Origin: Raja brachyura
Lineage: Eukaryota
Direction: 5' to 3'
DNA length: 64,000 bases
Assembly: GCA_963514005.1 (NCBI GenBank)
Contig: OY740807.1
Span: 1,860,001-1,924,000, forward strand
How positions within the stretch are numbered: the first letter of the stretch is position 1; each line of letters opens with the position of its first letter. A program made the translations under genes and the position numbers. The notes under the pieces were generated by a model. That model was not told where the DNA came from and ran no database searches. It worked only from the letters and a program-made list of their open reading frames with translations. This document shows, in pieces, positions 62,478 to 64,000 of this stretch.

Positions 62478-63679
62478 GTCAGACTTTCGACAAGGCTTTC
62501 GACAAGGTCCCGCATAAGAGATTAGCATACAAACTTAAAGCACACGGTATTGGGGGTTCAGTATTGATGTGGATAGAGAACTGGCTAGCAGACAGGAGGC
62601 AAAGGGTAGGAGTAAACGGGTCCTTTTCAGAATGGCAGGCAGTGACTAGTGGGGTGCCGCAAGGCTCAGTGCTGGGACCCCAGCTATTTACAATATATAT
62701 TAATGATTTGCACGAGGGAATTCAATGCAACATCTCCAAATTTGCAGATGATACCAAGCTGGGGGGTATAGTTAGGTGTGAGGAGGATGCTTGGAGGCTG
62801 CAGGGTGATTTGGATAGGCTGAGTGAATGGGCAGATGCATGGCAGATGCAGTACAATGTGGATAAATGTGAGGTTATCCACTTTGGTGGCAAAAACATGA
62901 GGGTAGATTATTATCTGAATGGTGGCAGATTAGGTAAGGGGGAGATGCAACGAGACCTGGGTGTCATGGTACACCAGTCATTGAAAGTAGGCATGCAGGT
63001 GCAGCAGGCAGTGAAGAAAGCAAATGGTATGTTAGCATTCATAGCGAAAGGATTTGAGTATAGGAGCAGGGAGGTTCTACTGCAGTTGTACAGGGTTTTG
63101 GTGAGGCCACACCTGGAGTACTGCGTACAGTTTTGGTCTCCAAATCTGAGGAAAGACATCCTTGCCATAGAGGGGGTACAGAGAAGATTCACCAGACTGA
63201 TTCCTGGGATGTCAGGACTTTCATATGAGGAAAGATTGGATAGACTCGGTTTGTACTCGATGGAATTTAGAAGATTGAGGGGGGATCTTATAGAAACCTA
63301 CAAAATTCTTAAGGGGTTGGACAAGCTAGATGCTGGAAGATTGTTCCCGATGTTGGGGGAGTCCAGAACAAGGGGTCACAGTCTAAGGATAAGGGGGAAT
63401 TCCTTTAGGACCGAAATGAGGAAAACATTCTTTACACAGAGAGTGGTGAGTCTCTGGAATTCTCTGCCACAGAAGGTAGTTGAGGCCAGTTCATTGGCTA
63501 TATTTAAGAGGGCGTTAGATGTGGCACTTGTGGCTAAAGGGATCAGGGGGTATGGAGAGAAGGCAGGTACGGGATACTGAGTTGGATGATCAGCCATGAT
63601 CACATTGAATGGTGGTGCAGGCTCGAAGGGCCGAATGGCCTACTCCTGCACCTATTTTCTATGTTTCTATGTTTCTATG
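62478..63679 (+). mobile_element. Young CR1-type LINE 3' part (338-aa open C-terminus)
   Basis: ORF 62564-63580 and (tttctatg)3 tail. Confidence 0.95.
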
Positions 63680-63699
63680 ACTGACGCATAATCTAACGG

Positions 63700-64000
63700 T
63701 GTTATGTAAAATCACTAATGGCATAGTGTCCCAGGGTAGAGGAATCATCAACTAATGCGCATCGGTTTAAAGTGCAACAGGAAAAATTTTAAATGAAATT
63801 GAGCACTGTTTTTGCACGCAGAGGGTTGTGGACATAAGGAACAAATATGACCACAGAACTTCCAGAGGAAGTAGTTGAGGCAGGTACAATAAAAGCATTT
63901 AAAAGAGACTTGGACAGGTATATAGGTAAGAAAGGTTTGGAGGGTATGGGGCAAAAATGAGTAAATTGGACTAGTTTAAATGGGACATATTGGTCGGCTT
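63700..64000 (+). mobile_element. Old CR1-type 3' fragment
   Basis: ccagaggaagtagttgaggcaggtacaata and related tail motifs. Confidence 0.65.

Overview
Eukaryotic, transposon-dense genomic window from a cartilaginous fish, most likely a skate or ray. This is inferred from the gene type and the repeat families. The only host gene I can support is one complete, in-frame immunoglobulin light-chain cluster on the + strand, of the type I / NS5 / sigma-cart class. It has a leader exon (15804-15852), an already fused V-J exon with no RSS (16231-16590), a C exon (18018-18346) and AATAAA at 18613, and encodes a 245-aa protein. The rest is mostly nested mobile DNA: many CR1/HER1-type LINE fragments, tRNA-derived HE1-like SINEs, Penelope-like elements whose terminal repeats carry minimal hammerhead-ribozyme motifs, a Tc1 element split by a CR1, a Rex/Babar fragment, a hAT relic and MITEs. 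A full-length L1 with both ORFs open and a 15-bp TSD (48473-54552) sits inside a dead Tx1. Directly 3' of the Ig gene is a recent ~6.92-kb tandem amplification with templated junctions. Each full copy carries a strong CTCF-like site and an identical 139-N block. Boundaries of decayed repeats are approximate, and family names come from motif recognition without database searches.
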